Shown here in pieces: positions 59,214 to 64,000 of a DNA stretch of 64,000 bases. Position numbers and translations under genes: made by a program. The notes under the pieces were generated by a model. It worked only from the letters and a program-made list of their open reading frames with translations. It was not told the origin of the DNA and did not search any database. The stretch covers positions 1-64,000 of the forward strand of contig CBFDEM010000020.1 of NCBI GenBank assembly GCA_965603825.1, written 5' to 3'. The stretch's first letter is position 1. Each line of letters starts with the position of its first letter. This DNA comes from Blepharisma stoltei ATCC 30299 (Eukaryota > Protista > Ciliophora).

Positions 59214-60269
59214 ATGATAAAATATATGGTTCGGAACGGCTTCACAAGGCCTTATCACCCTCTCCAAGTCCTCTCCTGAGCAATAGTTCTTATTTTAGCA
59301 GGGACATTTTATTCCTTGACTTTACCACCTCTTTACCTTGATATGCAAGTTTTGTCAGGAATTTCATATTCAATAATTTCAATAGTAATGTGTATTTTTG
59401 GATTTAAAGTGACTTCAATCGATCCTACAGACCCAGCGGTTCTTGCTGCATTTAATTCACAAATTTCAGGGTATTCTTTAAACAGTATTGAGCTTGATTT
59501 ATCTGAGCTCACCAAGCTTTGCAAGATTTGTAAAGTCCACGTCCACAGTGACTCAAAGCACTGCCGAGAATGCAACCGGTGTGTCAATAATTTCGACCAC
59601 CATTGCAAATGGCTGAACAATTGTATAGGGAAAATGAATTATCGGCAGTTTATAGGGACTATTTTGAGCCTGCAAGGACTTATGGCAGTTCAAATTTTAA
59701 GCTCGATTTATTTATTAATTGCGATCGACAACGGCTGAGAAGAAAAAGAAAATGTCAAAGAAATGCTGGGACATGCTAAGAAAGGTATAGAAGGGATATA
59801 TATTTATCATATAGTAGTCGTTATTATTAGTTCACTGGTATTTATAGTAGTTGGACACTTATTTGGGTTCCATGTTTGGCTTATGATCCACCATATGTCT
59901 ACTTATCAATATATTTTGTCAAGGAGAGCAGATAAAGCTAAAGTAAAATTTATATAGAGATCTAACAAGACTACTCCTGACGCCAATCCTAATGAATCAA
60001 TACAAAGATATTATGAGCCTTATATAGTATCTAAAGAAGAGGACGAAGAATTACCTTTCAGAATGGACCGGAGGGTTCCTAATTTTTCAAAAATAGAAAA
60101 CAGTCTCAATAAAGAAAATTCAATTGACAACACATTTTACCATCTACAGATTGCAGAAGATTTGAAAAAAGATAAGCTGGAAATAATCACAAATAAAGAA
60201 AATTCGCAAGACAGCACGTATAATAATTCGCAGCTTGCGGAAGAAAAAGCTGAGCCTAATGTAAATTAA
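59214..60269 (+). CDS. DHHC palmitoyltransferase (ZDHHC1/11-like)
   Basis: RNGFTRPYHPLQVLSW(TGA), DPTD, CKIC..SKHCRECNRCV..FDHHCKWLNNCIG and FH..STYQYI. Intron at 59943-59957. Confidence 0.92.
59943..59957 (+). other. 15-nt intron (DHHC gene)
   Basis: GTAAAATTTATATAG; removes an in-frame TAG. Confidence 0.85.
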
Positions 60270-60324
60270 TTTGTTTCAATATCTTCTATATCTCGGCCTT
60301 AGCATTATTTTTCATATTTGTAAT

Positions 60325-63300
60325 ATGAAAAACTTAAGCGACTCCAACATAAATGCAAACTCTGACAAAGAGCTCGAGTCCATTCTCCACGCTGCCAGAG
60401 AGAGCTACCACAAGCGCATCAATTCTTTACGACAATCCTTAAAAACGTCTTATTCAGAAGTCCACAACGACGAACTTCTCATAACTTTAAAAGAAGACCC
60501 AGCAACTGAAGCATTTGTCCCTTTAAGAATTAAAGAACTTAACGAAGACCGGGCTATCAAAGAAATGATAGAAGGACTTAAAAAAGAATTAAGCAGCTGT
60601 CTCACTGAAATCCAGCTGCTTAAAAGTGATAAAAGTAAGCTGGAAACAAGCCTAGAGCGCCAACAGGAAAATCTGGATATAGAAAGAGGAAAATTAATAG
60701 ACCTTGAGGCTGAGAGAAGGCAGCTAAAAGAGAATTTGGCAAATACACAGTCTATATTGGAAGAGCATAAAGAAATTTTGGACCAAAAATCGTCTGAGCT
60801 ACAAGATGTGCTTATGCAAAGCAAATTTGAATCAGAAAAGTTTATTCATACGTTGGAAAATAATGAAAAAGAAAATTTTAGACAGAGATCAGAGCTAGAA
60901 ATATTGAGGCAGCAGATGGAAAGAGATTTTGAGTTTCGAAATGATTTAAAAAATCAGCTAAAAGAGTCAAGAAATAACGAAGCACAACTCCAAGAATCTT
61001 CGAGGAAATGAAAAGAAAGATGCCAAGAAAATGAAATTATGAATAATGAGCTAAAAGACAAGCTGAAAGACGCAGAAATAGAAATAAATAAACTTGCTGG
61101 AGAAATTGAGAATTTAAATGAAGAAAAAAATTTATTAGCTAAAGATTTCGAAGATTATAGAAAAATAGCTGAAGACACAAAAATCTCACTGCAAAATGAC
61201 TGGAAAAAAGAAATTGAGACACTTTCAAAGCAAAACCACGACAAAGAAAAAAAATTAAAAAGTGCTTTAAAAAAAGAAAAAGACCACAGAGGCATTTTAG
61301 AAGAAAAATTCAATGAGCTAAGGCTGAGCTTTGAGCACCTGCAAGCACAGTGTTTCAGTGACAGAGAGAGATTTGAGATGAAAATAAAAGAAGTCGAAAC
61401 TTACTATGAGCAGCAGATTAATTCAATTCATGAGGATTATGAATTAAAACTAAAAGAAATGAAAGACAAGCATGATAAAGAAATTTCGGATTTAAATTTA
61501 AGTAGCCAAAATAGGCTTGATAAAAAGCAAAAAGAATTTGAGTCACATGTGTCAGTCTTGAAATCAGAGTATGAAGACCAAATCCAAGATTTCGAATATA
61601 AGCTTGCTCAGCATAAAAATATGCTGGAAAATGATTATATGCCGAAAAAATCACATAGTGATTTAATTACAGAAAAATCAATTGAGCAGAAATCACAGTT
61701 TCAAAGAGATTTGCAGAGCCAAGAGACTAGTTTAAGGAATGAACATAGGAAGGAGATTAAAAGACTTAACCAGCAGCATGATAATATGGTGCAGGCTTTG
61801 AAAGCTAAACTAGCTCAAACAGAAAATGAAAAAATGGAAGAGCTGAGGAATAAACTAAACTTGCAGAGTTTGCTAGAAATTGAGACATCAAAATGTGCAG
61901 CTTTTAGGGAAAAATTAATAAAATTAGAAGAAAGATTAACTGAACTAGAAGAGTTGAAGCAAGAAAACTTAAGGACTTCTGAAAAAAATAGCGAAAATTT
62001 AAGAAAAATCAAAGCTGAGCTGAATTTGTCACAAAATATTAAAGATGATTTAGAGATAAGATACAAAGAATTGCTAGACAAAAATAGTTACCTAGAAAAA
62101 ATAGCCCAAGATAAAGACACTTCAATGAAAAAATATATTGACTTAGAAAAAAGTCAACATTTAGACAGAAGTCAAGGATTTGATGAAGAAGTAACTAGGC
62201 TAGAAGAAAGCGTCGAAAAGCAAAAAGACGAAATTGCTTATTTAAAACAGACGATATATTCACTAGAAAAAGATAAAAAAGAAGCAGCCATAACAATGCA
62301 AAAATTAATCGAAAAAAATCAATTTGAAATATTAGGACTAAAAGATTCATATAGAGAGCAGCTGCATTCAGCATCAGAAAATATCGAAACTTTAAAAATC
62401 CAGCTTAAACAGTCAGAAAAACAGGTAATTTCTGTTAAAAATGATCTAGCTAAAAGCCAAGAAAATGAACGAAATTTTAAAGCTGAAATTGAAGATTTTC
62501 ATGAGGATTTACAAAAAAGCATAGCAAGAATAAAAGAATTTGAAATAAATGAAAACCATTTAACTGAAGAAAACGAAAGACTCAGCCAGTCACTAATTAA
62601 ATCAAAGATTAAGCAACAAAAATTAAATAACAAATGGAAAAGATTTATTTATAAATTAAAAGAAAGATATATCCAAGAAATAATGGCAATGCAAAAAGAA
62701 ACATTTGATAATTTGGCTGAATTTAAAAAATATTTCAATTCCACAATTTCTGAATTAGTAAAAGGATTAAATAGCAAAGCAAGTTTTTCAATTGGAAAAT
62801 TAATTGAAAAATTGGAGAAATCAGAAAATCGTGCCAATGCTTTGCAGAAAGAATTAAGTGAGATAAATGCATTAAAAGAAGAAAATATAGAAAGAAATAT
62901 GCAGGAAAGAAATATGGAGAAAGAAGAATTTAAAGCAAAATTCTCTCAGCTGCTGAGAGAAACTGAAATAAAAGACGAGAAAATAAAATACCTCGAAGTT
63001 TCTATAGAAGACTCTATCTATAAAAATAAGCAGCTAGAAAAAGACAAAAGCGAGCTCAGACTGCTTATCCTTAAAAAAGAAAACGAGCTCTCAGAAACCT
63101 ACAACAACTCTTTATTCGAAAAATCCTATATCGAAAAAAACCTTAGCCAGCAGCAACAAAAAGCAAAATTTTATTTAGAAGAAAAATATAAAGAGACTTT
63201 AAGCAAATTAATAGCCCAAATCCGCAGCCTTGAAGAGTCTACACAAAACCAATTTAATGAATATATCAATGAGATTTCTTTATTAAAAGATGTCCATAAA

Positions 63301-63618
63301 GAAGAAATTGAAGAAGTAAAATCAAACGCCTCAGAGCAGATAAAGCAAAATAACTCGCTAATTTTGCAAGCTAAAGGGTCAATTGAATGATATAAGAACC
63401 AATTGTCAATAGTAGAAAGTGACCTGCAGAAGCAAACAAATAAATTTAAAGAGGAAACTGTGAATTATGACAAAGAAATAGCTACAGTGATGCAAGATTT
63501 AAAAAATGAACAGAAAGCGAAAAGAGACCTGAAAGCAGAAACGGGGAAAGAGATAGAGAATTTGGTGAGAGAAAATAGGCAGCTAAAGCTAGAGCTAGAA
63601 AGAGTTAAAATAAACTAA
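60325..63618 (+). CDS. Large coiled-coil protein (1097 aa)
   Basis: Three track ORFs in one frame, joined by TGA at 61009 and 63388; likely start MKNLSD. Confidence 0.85.
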
Positions 63619-63713
63619 ATTAATTTATTAATAGCTGCTCTATTTTCGAAATATGGTATTTTTAACCAGATTTTATCGTATTTGTATTAAATCTGATGTC
63701 AGATAAAATTTAT

Positions 63714-63983
63714 TTATTCATGCTTAAAAAGCCAAATTGCTATCTGGCCAAAGTAAAAGTAAATGAAGTGGCTTAAATCATTAGGCAGATAGATTGAGAA
63801 ATTTCTCCCCACAATGCAGTGCCAGTTCGGTTTATATTTATTTTCTAAATTTTGCTTTATATAATTTGCTATTTCTCTTTCAGTATTGAATAACTCGACT
63901 GCTTGACTTGTGTAAAAGACTGCATCTTGCTGTTCTTCTTCAGTCATATCTGTAGTTTTTATGAATGCTCTTCTTACTACCAT
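63714..63983 (-). CDS. DYNLL: Dynein light chain LC8 family
   Basis: IKTTDMTEEEQQDA, EREIANYIK, WHCIVGRNF and FIYFYFGQIAIWLFK. Confidence 0.92.
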   Translation of the reverse strand: MVVRRAFIKTTDMTEEEQQDAVFYTSQAVELFNTEREIANYIKQNLENKYKPNWHCIVGRNFSIYLPNDLSHFIYFYFGQIAIWLFKHE

Positions 63984-64000
63984 TTTATTACAGCTTGAGC

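Noticed and set aside
865-64000. tRNA, rRNA or snRNA genes
   Set aside because: No cloverleaf or recognisable conserved RNA motif seen; a covariance-model search would be needed to exclude small ncRNAs.

Overview
This is the left end of a eukaryotic chromosome, almost certainly a heterotrich ciliate somatic (macronuclear) chromosome of Blepharisma type. Three sequence-level signals support this: an 864-bp (CCCTAACA)n telomere, UGA read as Trp (TGA and TGG swap between paralogues, and TGA sits at conserved Trp positions), and 15-nt GT-AG introns. The supplied ORF track treats TGA as stop, so it fragments or misses many genes; I re-annotated with TGA=W. The first ~23.6 kb is a gene-poor, decaying subtelomere. 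It holds a LINE-like relic next to the telomere, an EF-hand gene, two giant secreted Cys-rich paralogues with a leishmanolysin-like but HEXXH-less head (the second has three 1-nt deletions), a profilin with an internal TAA, three small paralogues with a permuted papain-like signature, and a decayed inverted duplication containing a 12-bp minisatellite. From 24 kb the region is gene-dense: PP4, Sec24, OST4-like, RING E3, PAP2, DDX46, calcyphosin-like, TRIM37-like, two arrestins, ankyrin, RCC1, WDR82, HP1-like, FYVE, DHHC and LC8. An accessory island at 47-53.5 kb interrupts it. The island has four atypical non-prenylated Rab-like GTPases, a pseudokinase with two RING-like fingers, and Kelch and SDR pseudogenes. 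Two of the Rab-like genes carry a 127/128-bp TA-bounded, frame-breaking insert that looks like an unexcised IES; this is the strongest candidate for new biology. All protein family calls are from motif recognition by eye; no database search was run.
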